Program-made: the position numbers and the translations under genes
Source of the DNA: a virus
Lineage: Duplodnaviria > Caudoviricetes
DNA length: 48,309 bases
Direction: 5' to 3' (one strand)
IMG/VR virus record: IMGVR_UViG_3300037462_000908
Location: 1-48,309 of that record
The notes under the pieces: model-generated
Database searches by the model: none
Seen by the model: the letters and a program-made list of their open reading frames with translations, nothing else
Told to the model about the DNA's origin: nothing
Shown: in pieces, positions 26,217 through 36,092 of the stretch
How the letters are laid out: every line of letters begins with the position of its first letter
How positions within the stretch are numbered: position 1 is the stretch's first letter

Positions 26217-26888
26217 TCAGTTTGTTGGAGAAGCACTATTCCTCGGATCATCCTCAGGCAATCGACAAAGATGATAAGAGACTTTTAAAATAAAAAGATA
26301 AAATCCAAACATATCTAAAGATGCTACCCTATCAGATATGGTTTTTTCTTTTGATAGATTCAATTCATCCGTAGGATACCAAAAAACTCTATCCAAAAGA
26401 GCAATATATTCTAATCCATTTTTCTTATTTGGGGGTAAGTAGAAAACATTAGAATTTTGTTGATTCTTGATATTTGTTAAAATATTATCACGATTTGGAT
26501 GATTTTCTAATTTTTTTGAAAAATTGGAAAACTTTGTCAATGGAGCAAATAATACTTGTTTTGGAATATCACGATTTTTATCATCAATATTTATATCACA
26601 AGTATTAGAAATAATTATTGCGGCAGTTTCTTTTGATAGGTATAATTTAGTTTTAGAATCAAAAATAGGATGCCTAATAGAAGTAAGTATATCTCCTTGT
26701 AAGAAATGGGTTGGGGTGTTTTCTAAATAAAAATCAGTATAATACTTAGCAGGCAAAGACTGCCCAACCCTTTTTTCACTTTTGGGATGGAACTGTTCCA
26801 AGCCTGCTCTTAACTTTCCCTTGTCTGTATCACTTAAATAATGTTGGGAAAGAACCCTATCAAAAAAATCTGTTTCAAATAAACTCAT
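26217..26888 (-). CDS. Putative effector of three-gene cassette (QGD...SNTCD family)
   Basis: FLQGDIL...AIIISNTCDI...VLFAPL...FYLP...RVASL...CR. Confidence 0.6.
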   Translation of the reverse strand: MSLFETDFFDRVLSQHYLSDTDKGKLRAGLEQFHPKSEKRVGQSLPAKYYTDFYLENTPTHFLQGDILTSIRHPIFDSKTKLYLSKETAAIIISNTCDINIDDKNRDIPKQVLFAPLTKFSNFSKKLENHPNRDNILTNIKNQQNSNVFYLPPNKKNGLEYIALLDRVFWYPTDELNLSKEKTISDRVASLDMFGFYLFILKVSYHLCRLPEDDPRNSASPTN

Positions 26889-26914
26889 TATATCTTTATA
26901 ACGTACCAGTTTTC

Positions 26915-27229
26915 TTAATCTTCATATAAAGATTCTAATAACAAATCGTAAACTTCTCCAGTCAAAGGTTTAGTATTTTGGAACAACTCTTTGCCAAATG
27001 ACATAATATCAAATTGATCAGTCAAAGGAATTATATCTGAATCTGTTATTATAGATTTAGACAAACGCACATTCGTTGAATAAGATTTAAAAATCTCGTC
27101 TTGATTTATAATAGAAGTCAATGAGTGACCAAAGTAATAATCAATTTTAGATTTTTCCTTGGATTCTTTTAAATTCCATAAAGATACTATTTGTGCAGGT
27201 TTATTAGGGATTTCTGAAATCGCTGCCAT
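26915..27229 (-). CDS. Small acidic protein, middle gene of cassette
   Basis: 104 aa between two co-oriented genes with short gaps. Confidence 0.6.
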   Translation of the reverse strand: MAAISEIPNKPAQIVSLWNLKESKEKSKIDYYFGHSLTSIINQDEIFKSYSTNVRLSKSIITDSDIIPLTDQFDIMSFGKELFQNTKPLTGEVYDLLLESLYED

Positions 27230-27240
27230 AGTTTTAGATT

Positions 27241-27975
27241 TTACCTTAGTTTGTTTTTGAAATTTTCGGTTATAACTGTTTTAAATACTTCAACAGCATT
27301 TACATGCACATTATTGGCCAAGGTTTGCCAATCTGCCGCATCATCAGGGTATGTTCCAGTACAGTTTATTTGTACTGTAACCATTTTTTTAGGAGGAGCA
27401 CTAGTTTTTGTTTGGCATATAGTGTTTATAAGAACTCTAATTGTGTCATTTATGAAAAAATCACTATTGAAAACATGATTAATTTCTCTACCTTTTGAAA
27501 AACTACTCATATCGGGAACAAACTTCAAATAATCAACCAACTTCTCTTCAATATCAATCGAAAACTCATTTATATACATTACTTGCACATCTATGAGCCT
27601 TCTGCCCAAGTTTAGATCAAAATATATGCCTAAATATTTTTCGATTTTTGGAAAAAAAGTATCCCATCCATCATATTTATTTAGGGCATGTACTGAAAGG
27701 CTATCTTTGCTCATTATTATTGCATCATAGTCTTCTTCTGTCCTATATATTATTTGAAGATCATTTTGTATAGTTTCACTTGAAAAATCTTTAGGGTCAT
27801 TTGAAATGTTAAATTTAACTTGAACAGGTCTTCGCTCTTCTGTTTTAGTAAATCCAAATTTCTCTATTTCTTTATAGAAGTCTGCAAATTTACCAACATT
27901 CCAAGATGTTTCTAAACTTGTGTCAAAACGAAATAAACAAACTACTTCTTTGATTTTGTGGTTTTTAAATTCCAT
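27241..27975 (-). CDS. TIGR04255-family protein
   Basis: FKNHKIKEVVCLFRF, YDGWDTF, MYINEF and F...ITE C-terminus. Confidence 0.7.
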   Translation of the reverse strand: MEFKNHKIKEVVCLFRFDTSLETSWNVGKFADFYKEIEKFGFTKTEERRPVQVKFNISNDPKDFSSETIQNDLQIIYRTEEDYDAIIMSKDSLSVHALNKYDGWDTFFPKIEKYLGIYFDLNLGRRLIDVQVMYINEFSIDIEEKLVDYLKFVPDMSSFSKGREINHVFNSDFFINDTIRVLINTICQTKTSAPPKKMVTVQINCTGTYPDDAADWQTLANNVHVNAVEVFKTVITENFKNKLR

Positions 27976-28151
27976 TTTTATGGTTTTTTATAAAAAACAG
28001 ACAAAATTAATAGTTTATTTTATAATTTATATATTTTTTTCAACAAGCTATGATTTTTTTAATTAAAAATGAATAAAAATCATAGCTACTTTTCGTAAAA
28101 CAGTATTTTTCGATAAATGTTTTATAATGTCTTTTACAAATATTTGTAAAA

Positions 28152-28673
28152 TTAATTAGATAGTCTCATCTTTTTTATGATATGATGAGCCGAGAGGAAA
28201 GAGTTTACCATTGGATACATATATACAAAACCAAAAGATAGTAATAAGAATTCTTCAATAAATATTTCTTTTGCCCTGAATCTTAATAAATCAATCAACA
28301 TAAACATAAGACCAAATAAAAATAAAATCAAAGAGGCAATTGTAAGTATTTTAAAAAATAATGGTATGCGAATTTTAACTTCATCATTCTCAATCTTAAT
28401 GTAGCCGTAAGCATTCGAGACAGTCTTCCAATCAACGTCATTTTTTTTTCTAAAATTCTCTAAAGTCTTTAGTTTGGACAGTTTTATATTTAGCTTGAAG
28501 GCTTCTTTCAACCTGTTGTATTCAATGTAGTCTTCATTCATAGACTTGGCATCTTCATTCAAAAAATTATCAGATTTTAAATAACGTGTACTTTGTTTAC
28601 TTTGTCTTATCAAAAAATATCCACCAATAAGTGCAACAATTATTGGAACTAAACTATTGATTAAATCTTTCAT
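28152..28673 (-). CDS. Membrane protein (3 TM), moron
   Basis: One N-terminal and two C-terminal hydrophobic helices. Confidence 0.7.
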   Translation of the reverse strand: MKDLINSLVPIIVALIGGYFLIRQSKQSTRYLKSDNFLNEDAKSMNEDYIEYNRLKEAFKLNIKLSKLKTLENFRKKNDVDWKTVSNAYGYIKIENDEVKIRIPLFFKILTIASLILFLFGLMFMLIDLLRFRAKEIFIEEFLLLSFGFVYMYPMVNSFLSAHHIIKKMRLSN

Positions 28674-28734
28674 AAGCGTTTTTTTCTAAAGTAAGTAAAT
28701 AATTTATATATTACAAGCAAATGAGATAATATTA

Positions 28735-29091
28735 TTAAGATAAAGAAAAGGCATCTATCTCAGATAATTTTATTCTTATAAAATTTTTATTCCTTCCCAC
28801 ATCAGAAGAAGTAACAACATTTTTTAAATGTATAAAGTCTATTTTTGGATTGCTGTTACTTTTAGAGGCTTCAGACAAGTCTTTAAAAGCTGAAATTGCA
28901 AGAATTTTATTTTTATCCTTACTATTTTTTTCATAAAAATCAGCCAAATATTCGTAGTACTTATATTCTGGTATTAAAGTACCATTGATACAAACACCTT
29001 TTAAAATTACAAATATTGATAATTCTCCTTCTGAGAGCAACGCTTTTACAAAAGTTAATAAAAGCTCATCTTTAGAATCTATTAAATCCAT
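28735..29091 (-). CDS. GvpU-like family protein
   Basis: I.V..KG..INGTLI....YY, FIHLKNV and RIKLSEIDAFSL motifs. Confidence 0.55.
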   Translation of the reverse strand: MDLIDSKDELLLTFVKALLSEGELSIFVILKGVCINGTLIPEYKYYEYLADFYEKNSKDKNKILAISAFKDLSEASKSNSNPKIDFIHLKNVVTSSDVGRNKNFIRIKLSEIDAFSLS

Positions 29092-29329
29092 ATCTATTAG
29101 TTTTTGGCAACCTACAAAATAAAAAAACACCACACAATCAGGGAATCCCTGATTTTTGCATGGTGTAATGAAATAATTTTTTAGGCAATTTTTAGTAATA
29201 CAAACCTTGTTATTTATAATAAATTAGGGTATAGATGCTAAATTAATGGTGTAATATTTTGTAAAAAATTTAAGAAAAACGTCAAAATTAAATGTTATAA
29301 CATTTAATTGAAATTTGATTTTTTAGATT

Positions 29330-29872
29330 TTACTCCTCATAAAGCACATTAAATTCTTTTTCAATTATATCAATTTCTCTATTGATATGTTCTTTCTTTT
29401 CCTCTTCAGTCAATACCTCCAAATCCAAAATGCTTCTAATTTTGGAAGTGGCATGCCTTACAATGTGGCTGAGCTTAAAGGCTATTTTCTTGGAGTATCG
29501 ATACAAAACTACCAATAGGATAGAAAGGCTAAGAGAGGTAAAAAATAAGTCCTCATGTGGATCAAACTCTTCTTTGTAGGGCAATTTTTCCAAAAACTTC
29601 ATAAACTGATAAGAGATAGCAAAAACAGTGAAATTTCTATTCCTTGCTAAATAAATACCCACCAAAGTAATACAGGGGGCTAAAGATTGCTGGGAGAGCC
29701 AGATATAATAATAAAACGTATCATAATACAAGATCTTCCAATCCAACAAAGCTTTAGGCAAAATTATATGTAAATTATGAAATATTGGTAGGCTTAAAAT
29801 CAATATAAGCCCTACTTTTCTTGTAGGACTCATATTCATAAAGGTTTGAAATGCTTTGAAATTGCTTATCAT
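29330..29872 (-). CDS. Multi-TM membrane protein
   Basis: About four hydrophobic segments; coupled to the portal operon. Confidence 0.65.
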   Translation of the reverse strand: MISNFKAFQTFMNMSPTRKVGLILILSLPIFHNLHIILPKALLDWKILYYDTFYYYIWLSQQSLAPCITLVGIYLARNRNFTVFAISYQFMKFLEKLPYKEEFDPHEDLFFTSLSLSILLVVLYRYSKKIAFKLSHIVRHATSKIRSILDLEVLTEEEKKEHINREIDIIEKEFNVLYEE

Positions 29873-30084
29873 AAGTTCTCTTCAATGATTTCTTGGATAT
29901 TGGTTTTGGTTGATTGTGTTAAAGATGGGTCATTAAGCAAAGCAATAATTCCATCACGATCAATGAGGTTATTGGCTAAGGCATACAGCAAATCATCTTT
30001 GATTTCTGATTTTGGCTTATTGTTCAAACAAGTAGGCCAAGTGCTACTTCCGGGGAAGCATTTTCTTGTAGGTCCGTCAGGCAT
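29869..30084 (-). CDS. Small hypothetical protein
   Basis: MPDGPTRKCFPG... starts immediately after the portal stop. Confidence 0.5.
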   Translation of the reverse strand: MPDGPTRKCFPGSSTWPTCLNNKPKSEIKDDLLYALANNLIDRDGIIALLNDPSLTQSTKTNIQEIIEENL

Positions 30085-30085
30085 A

Positions 30086-31414
30086 TTATTGTTGGTTAGT
30101 TGGTGGCTGTGTAGGGGTTTCAACAGCAGGTTTATCATATCCCATTTCCTGGGCAAACTGCTCTTGAGAAATAATACCTTCAGCTTTAAGTTTCATAAGA
30201 TTATCTATCTTGACTCCTTGGGCTTCATGTTCAAGTTTTTGGTCACTAAGCACAGGTTTATCAAACTTCACTTCTAAATTCACATCATAGCCTTGCATCA
30301 AAAGATGCATCTCAAAAAGGTCTTCTAGGAAGTATGCTATAATATTTTGAAAAGAAGTAATTTTTGATGTAAATATTGTAAGCAATATTTTCCCAAATGT
30401 TTCTGCTCTACTTTGTTGCCTACCCAATAAGTTAGGGTCTTGCTTCAAGCCTGCCATTGTATTGATGTCATTGAGCATCATGATGTCTTTGGCATTATCT
30501 CCATCCATCATTTTACTGCCTGTTAGCTTGAATTCGTGACTATCTTTATAGCCCATCACGTATCCACTATTCATGTTTTTCTCAACTTGTGGACGAGCTT
30601 TTTCAAGATAAGCTAAACATCTTTCATAATAAGCGTCAGGGGTTTCATTCTCTTCTTGGGGAGGAGCTGTGAGTAATACCTCCAAGAACCCCATCAAGCC
30701 AAACTTTTCAGCCACTTTGGCAAACCCTTTCAGGAGGTTTCTTTCAATTCCTATACTTTCTAAGGCTGCTAAGAATGGAGGAATACCATAAGGATTATTA
30801 TTATCCGAACTGATAGCAGAATAAGTATAAGTAGTAGTATTTAGCTGTTTATACCCATTGGGAGCTTTTGAATTTTTTTGGTGAGGGACATAATCCCCAT
30901 CAATTGAAAAAAAACGTATTGTATAGGGATTTACAAGCGGAATCTTTACAATTTCAGTTAGTTTTGCGTTTGGGACTTTCTCTATGGATAAGCATCCATT
31001 AATTGCCATCTGACGAAGCATATTATTGATAGCAACGTCAAGATTTAGTTTTTTATGTAAAGCCTTTAATATCTTCCGAATTTTCTTGTCGGCTCTTTTC
31101 CCAGTATCTTCTAATATGACATTATAGGGTGTATTAGCCAAATTGATAATGTTATCTACTGCCAAAGAAACATTCCCATTAAATATTGCATAGCGTTGCA
31201 ATAGTGGCAACCATTCAACCCCAAATGTTGGCTCAAGAGGTGTTCTTGAGAATCTAATATTATACAAATCAGAATCTTCATTGACTGTCTCTCTACCCAA
31301 AGAAGCCCTATTACCCATAGGCATTTCAGGAGGATTCTTTTTAACATATATTTCTTTTACCTCTGTTTTTTTGCTTGAAAACAAAGATATAAAGGAAGAC
31401 CAAAACCAAGCCAT
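30086..31414 (-). CDS. Portal protein
   Basis: ~442 aa; INGCLSIEKV, NPYTIRF, PYGIPPFLAAL, GIISQEQFAQEMGY. Confidence 0.8.
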   Translation of the reverse strand: MAWFWSSFISLFSSKKTEVKEIYVKKNPPEMPMGNRASLGRETVNEDSDLYNIRFSRTPLEPTFGVEWLPLLQRYAIFNGNVSLAVDNIINLANTPYNVILEDTGKRADKKIRKILKALHKKLNLDVAINNMLRQMAINGCLSIEKVPNAKLTEIVKIPLVNPYTIRFFSIDGDYVPHQKNSKAPNGYKQLNTTTYTYSAISSDNNNPYGIPPFLAALESIGIERNLLKGFAKVAEKFGLMGFLEVLLTAPPQEENETPDAYYERCLAYLEKARPQVEKNMNSGYVMGYKDSHEFKLTGSKMMDGDNAKDIMMLNDINTMAGLKQDPNLLGRQQSRAETFGKILLTIFTSKITSFQNIIAYFLEDLFEMHLLMQGYDVNLEVKFDKPVLSDQKLEHEAQGVKIDNLMKLKAEGIISQEQFAQEMGYDKPAVETPTQPPTNQQ

Positions 31415-31542
31415 AACATATTTTTTTATCAAAATTAACTTTTTTCGTTAAAAATATTTTATTTTATTTAAAAAATTTTAGTGAAATTATTTTTTTTTGT
31501 TACTTTTGCTATATCAATATCTGAGGCTTTATTTCCTTTATT

Positions 31543-32886
31543 ATGAATAGTTCAATAAGATTAGAATTAGGGCGTTCAAGCCAAATTCCACAAGACACAG
31601 CACAAGCTAAAGCAGCAGCAGAGGCTTTTGGCATGGCATTCTCAGCAGAAGATGCACCTACCTATATAGTTGCTTCACAATCATCAGCAGATGGGGGAAC
31701 TTCATCATCAGAAACACAGTTTGATGGCGAATTTCTAAGAGTTCCTTTCAGAGCTATCACAGCTACAATGGTAGGAGCTTACAGTTTCAAAGCTACCGAT
31801 TTTAGTACACCTGGTGTATTGCAATCAGCTATGAAAATGATTGTAGGAAAGGCAGCATTTAAGAACCATGACCTTTGGGATGTTGAAAGTGCCATTGGTA
31901 CCATTGAATCCGCAAAGTGGACTGCTCAAAACGGAGATATTCCTGCTGGTATTGATATTATGTTTAAGATTAATGCCAAAAACAATCCTCGTATTGCTAA
32001 TTCTTTACAGAACAATGAGATTCAGTCTTGCTCTGTAACAATTGATTTTGATTGGGAACCAAGCCACAGAGAAAAATACACTGATAAAAATGGAAATTTT
32101 GATTGGTGGGAATTCTACTGGGATGTTGGTAGTATTGCAGCAGATGGCAAAATGATATGTCGTAAAGCTACCAAAGTTAATGATATTCACGAATGCTCTC
32201 TGGTTAGTTTAGGGGCTGATCCATACGCAAAACGCCTTGATAGCAATGGAAAGCCTATCAATATTGATAGAGCTGGAATACTTTCTATGTGTAAAGAAGG
32301 GAACTTCACTCAAGAGCCTATTTTGTATGTAAAACAAGATTTGAAGTTTCAAATCAATCCAGAAGATGATTTTGAAGAGGCTATTCAGTTCGCTTATTCA
32401 AAACTGAAAAAACAGTATGATGTAAATACTGAACTCAATAAGCAAAAAGAAGCCTTAGAGTCAAAATTAAGTTTTTCAAAAGATAGCACTGAAGAGCTTA
32501 ATAAAGCCAATGAGGAACTTGCAAAACTAAAAGAGCAATTAGCTCAATATGAGCAATTCGAAGCCTACAAAGCCAAAGCAGAGAAGTATGATGCAAACCT
32601 CAAGGCTCAACGTGATGAGGTTGTGAGGCTTTATAAATTGGCTAATCCTAAAAATATCCAAGAAGAACTCGTGAAATTGATTGAAGGCTCTGAAGGCATA
32701 CAACTAGATGCCTTTGCAAAACAATACGGGGGTTCTCTTATCAATATGTTTTCTCCGAAGTGTGGTGATTGTGGCTCTTATAATATCAACCATCAAAGCA
32801 CTGAGCATGAGAAAATAGAGAATGAAAATAAGGTTCAGATGTCGGATGAAGAGTATAAAAGAACCTTCAAATCCATGAAGATTTAA
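31543..32886 (+). CDS. Prohead protease-scaffold fusion
   Basis: FKNHD...IG, IQSCSV and ECSLVSLGADP protease motifs; C-terminal coiled coil and CGDC. Confidence 0.78.
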   Translation: MNSSIRLELGRSSQIPQDTAQAKAAAEAFGMAFSAEDAPTYIVASQSSADGGTSSSETQFDGEFLRVPFRAITATMVGAYSFKATDFSTPGVLQSAMKMIVGKAAFKNHDLWDVESAIGTIESAKWTAQNGDIPAGIDIMFKINAKNNPRIANSLQNNEIQSCSVTIDFDWEPSHREKYTDKNGNFDWWEFYWDVGSIAADGKMICRKATKVNDIHECSLVSLGADPYAKRLDSNGKPINIDRAGILSMCKEGNFTQEPILYVKQDLKFQINPEDDFEEAIQFAYSKLKKQYDVNTELNKQKEALESKLSFSKDSTEELNKANEELAKLKEQLAQYEQFEAYKAKAEKYDANLKAQRDEVVRLYKLANPKNIQEELVKLIEGSEGIQLDAFAKQYGGSLINMFSPKCGDCGSYNINHQSTEHEKIENENKVQMSDEEYKRTFKSMKI

Positions 32887-32927
32887 TATAGAAATCAAGT
32901 TGTTCAACTCTCAAATTTTATAAAAAG

Positions 32928-33323
32928 ATGGCATATTCATCAAAAAATTTATCCATTTCTTTCAACAGGGCAACAGGAAAAGAGTTCCCCGTTGGAGCTT
33001 CCGTAGCTCTCACTTCTGCGGGTGTTTTAGATACACCTACCACTCATGAGCTAACTATTGGTATAGTTGCTTCTAATCATGAAGATTTTGGGAGAACTAC
33101 TGTTGATACCATTTTTACAAATACAGTAAAAGGTATTGCTAAAGTAAATACAAACGCAGGCGTGCTTGTAAAAGAGGTATTCACTGATAGTGTTACAAAT
33201 AATAAGCCTACTTATACACTTGCTGCACAAGGCAATTATGCAATTGGTATTGCATTAACTACTGCCACGGCAGGCAACGAGATAGAGATAGGCATATTAG
33301 CTGCTCCTATCGTAAAATCTTAA
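32928..33323 (+). CDS. Capsid decoration/cement protein
   Basis: Gly/Ala/Thr-rich, IGIALTTATAGNEIEI; between protease and capsid genes. Confidence 0.65.
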   Translation: MAYSSKNLSISFNRATGKEFPVGASVALTSAGVLDTPTTHELTIGIVASNHEDFGRTTVDTIFTNTVKGIAKVNTNAGVLVKEVFTDSVTNNKPTYTLAAQGNYAIGIALTTATAGNEIEIGILAAPIVKS

Positions 33324-33382
33324 TCTTAATTCATTGGGTTAAGATAACAACTTGATTTTCAAACTTTAAAAATTTCAATAAA

Positions 33383-34606
33383 ATGAAAAAAGTTCATAGA
33401 TTAAATGTAGAAAATAAACAAGTCAAAGATGAAGTTCAAAAACTTCACAAGGAGCAAGGAGTTGTAGCTACATTCAGTAATGAAAGTCTCACTAAAAATA
33501 TAGCTGCTGACTTAAAATCTGGCTTCAAAATGTTTGAAGCATTGTTACAATCGGGTGCCAATAATACCGTTGCAAATCCACTTCAATATTCTTTTGCTGA
33601 CTTTGTTCACGAACGTTGGGGATTTTCAAAGTCTGAAAATGGTAGCCCTGATAGTTTTTACCATCAATTAGGGATTGACCCTAGCCAACACACATTGGCT
33701 AGCTTGTATCAACAATTCCCAGAGGGCGAAACAAGAGAATGGCTGGCTCCTGCCATCATTCGTGAGGCAATCCGTGAAGGTATCATCTCTGACCCAATGT
33801 ATCAGGAATTGATTCGTGCAAATGTTGGAGTAAATTCAACATCTGTCCAAATGCCAAAGGTATTAGTCTCTGATTCCAATGTAAAAGAAGTGTCTGAGGG
33901 AGAAACAATTCCCATTGGTACAACCAAATTTGGTAAAAAGACTGTAAACCTACGCAAGTATGCTTATGGTATTGAGGTGAGTTACGAGGTACTCCAATTC
34001 GTTCCTTTGAATATCATTGCTACGTACATGGAGGATACGGGTAATAAATTTATCAGAGGCTTAAACACAAGAGCAATCAAGACTTTGATTGAAGGGGATC
34101 AGGCGGATGCTTCTGAGTCTGTTGGGGTAATTGGGGTAGATACTACCAATACTCTTGCATACAAAGATTTATTAAGAGGTTGGTTGAGAATGCAACTTTT
34201 AGGAAGACGCCCTTCTGCAATGCTTGCAAATGAAGTAATGAGTTTGGAGGTTCTTGAAATGCCAGAGTTTAAAAACTATATTCAAGGACAGCCAAGAATT
34301 GGTTTAAATATCAAAACTCCATTGCCTCAGACTCAAAATCACTATCTACATAGTGCTGCTCCTGCAAAATCTATTGTCTTGCTTGATACGCTTCAAACAA
34401 TGATGCAATTAACTGCAATGGACTTGATGGTAGAATCTGATAGAATTGTTGCTAAGCAATTAGAAGGCACTTATGCCTCTATGATTACAGGCTTCTCTAC
34501 TCTTCAGAGAGATGCAAGACTTGTAATTGATAAATCAAAAGCATTCAGCTCATTCAATTTTGGCTCATTGCCATGGATGGCTACAAATGATGCTGTAGAA
34601 TTATAA
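33383..34606 (+). CDS. Major capsid protein (HK97-type)
   Basis: 407 aa; EVSEGETIP...KYAYGIEVSYE. Confidence 0.88.
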   Translation: MKKVHRLNVENKQVKDEVQKLHKEQGVVATFSNESLTKNIAADLKSGFKMFEALLQSGANNTVANPLQYSFADFVHERWGFSKSENGSPDSFYHQLGIDPSQHTLASLYQQFPEGETREWLAPAIIREAIREGIISDPMYQELIRANVGVNSTSVQMPKVLVSDSNVKEVSEGETIPIGTTKFGKKTVNLRKYAYGIEVSYEVLQFVPLNIIATYMEDTGNKFIRGLNTRAIKTLIEGDQADASESVGVIGVDTTNTLAYKDLLRGWLRMQLLGRRPSAMLANEVMSLEVLEMPEFKNYIQGQPRIGLNIKTPLPQTQNHYLHSAAPAKSIVLLDTLQTMMQLTAMDLMVESDRIVAKQLEGTYASMITGFSTLQRDARLVIDKSKAFSSFNFGSLPWMATNDAVEL

Positions 34607-34630
34607 TCTCCAAACTTCTAATTTCCATCT

Positions 34631-34656
34631 AAGCCCTGCTTTTGGGTAGGGCTTTT
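34631..34656 (+). terminator. Intrinsic terminator after capsid gene
   Basis: AAGCCCTGCT-TTTG-GGTAGGGCTTTT. Confidence 0.7.
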
Positions 34657-34668
34657 AAAATTAAAATT

Positions 34669-34911
34669 ATGGCAACAGTAAAAGTAAAACACAAGAAAGC
34701 GGGGAGTTATATACACCCTGTAACACGCGTATTAATTCCAAACGGTGATTTTGTTGAGGTAGAACATGATGATGAGATTGAGAAGCAAATTGTGCTTGGT
34801 CGTCTTGTGAAAGATGAAAGTGGGGAGAAGGAAGAGAAGGAGGATAAAAAGACGGAAAAGAAAGAGGATAAAAAGGAAGATAAAAAAGATTCCAAAACTG
34901 ACAAATCCTAA
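34669..34911 (+). CDS. Small charged hypothetical protein
   Basis: K/E/D-rich tail; likely start ATG 34669. Confidence 0.6.
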   Translation: MATVKVKHKKAGSYIHPVTRVLIPNGDFVEVEHDDEIEKQIVLGRLVKDESGEKEEKEDKKTEKKEDKKEDKKDSKTDKS

Positions 34912-35132
34912 TGCGAAAAGTAAAAGTTCGATTAAAAGATAGTTCTGCTTCATTCGAGGATTCTGGGCAAAAATTAATAGGACGTTCTGTAATGAGTTTT
35001 CCTAAAACTGAAAAAGTAGAAAGGGGTATCAAAACAGGATTACTTTTGGTAGAAAAGGAAGAACCTCAAGAAGAAATTAAGCTTCTTAAGGAAGAAAAAG
35101 AGGAGAAAGAAGAAAAAAACAAAAAGAAATAA
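34911..35132 (+). CDS. Small charged hypothetical protein (possible paralog of upstream gene)
   Basis: Similar layout: VKV N-terminus, I..G.L motif, K/E-rich tail. Confidence 0.6.
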   Translation: MRKVKVRLKDSSASFEDSGQKLIGRSVMSFPKTEKVERGIKTGLLLVEKEEPQEEIKLLKEEKEEKEEKNKKK

Positions 35133-35135
35133 AAG

Positions 35136-35585
35136 ATGCTTGATAAAACGCTATTAGAGTTAGTAAAGGGCAGAATAACAGTAGCCACAGAAGATGAGGT
35201 AAAAGTAGAGGAAATAGGGATAGAAGTTATCATTGAACTTGAACCTTATCTCAAAAAGAACTTACCTTTTGAGGAATATACTGACCTTGAAAAACTACTC
35301 ATAGCAGATTACACGGCATACAAATTTCTTGATTTTGATTTCTCTATCAATAATTCTACTCAGGAAGCCCAAGGAGACAATCCTATTAAAATCACAAAAG
35401 CAGATGTAGTTGAAGTACATTTTGATACTTCCAGAAGTAAGGATGATTCATTGATTCGGCTTACAAGTAGATTGAAAGCTTCTATTTGCCAAAAAGCTAA
35501 AACTCTGAATATAAGTTTGCCACTTTGTTCAAGTGGGCAATCTACGAAAAGTAATTACAGACCATTTATTACTTACACCCCATGA
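35136..35585 (+). CDS. Putative head-tail adaptor
   Basis: Position after capsid gene, 149 aa, KITKADVVEVHF. Confidence 0.5.
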   Translation: MLDKTLLELVKGRITVATEDEVKVEEIGIEVIIELEPYLKKNLPFEEYTDLEKLLIADYTAYKFLDFDFSINNSTQEAQGDNPIKITKADVVEVHFDTSRSKDDSLIRLTSRLKASICQKAKTLNISLPLCSSGQSTKSNYRPFITYTP

Positions 35586-36082
35586 AATCAAAAATCTTAA
35601 TAGCATTTATGTTGCTTTTTGCAACGCTATCATTTGCAGTTCCTAAAATCGAAACGAAAATGCCTAATCCACTTCCTAAAGACAAATTACGAGAAGCCTT
35701 AAAAACGCCTTTCGATTTGATGGCTCAGATGGATATCGTCTATCATCTGAAAGCCCAGAAACCTGATCGGTTTAAAGAAGGAGAATCTTATGAAGTGACT
35801 AATTATAATATCAAGGGTTTAGTAGTTGAAGACCGAAAGAATACAGAAACCAATACTACCCTCCAAGGCAGTCGAACGAATAACGAAGGATACCTGCTTA
35901 TCAATTATGATTATGCTAATGATGCGGGTCTCGTTACTTCTGATGGAAATTTTAAAGGCAATCCAAATCGAGACACATTCACATATCAAAATCGAGTCTA
36001 TGAAATTATAGACATTGTTCCGGTTGGGCAACTCGTAGATGAGTTTACAGCATTCAAAATTTACTACAAATACAAGAAATAG
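35582..36082 (+). CDS. Putative head-closure protein
   Basis: Position; DTFTYQNRVYEI motif; alternative start at 35660. Confidence 0.5.
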   Translation: MKSKILIAFMLLFATLSFAVPKIETKMPNPLPKDKLREALKTPFDLMAQMDIVYHLKAQKPDRFKEGESYEVTNYNIKGLVVEDRKNTETNTTLQGSRTNNEGYLLINYDYANDAGLVTSDGNFKGNPNRDTFTYQNRVYEIIDIVPVGQLVDEFTAFKIYYKYKK

Positions 36083-36092
36083 AAATTATAAG

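Noticed and set aside
28735-29091. Gas vesicle locus
   Set aside because: No gvpA/gvpN or other gvp genes; an isolated family member only
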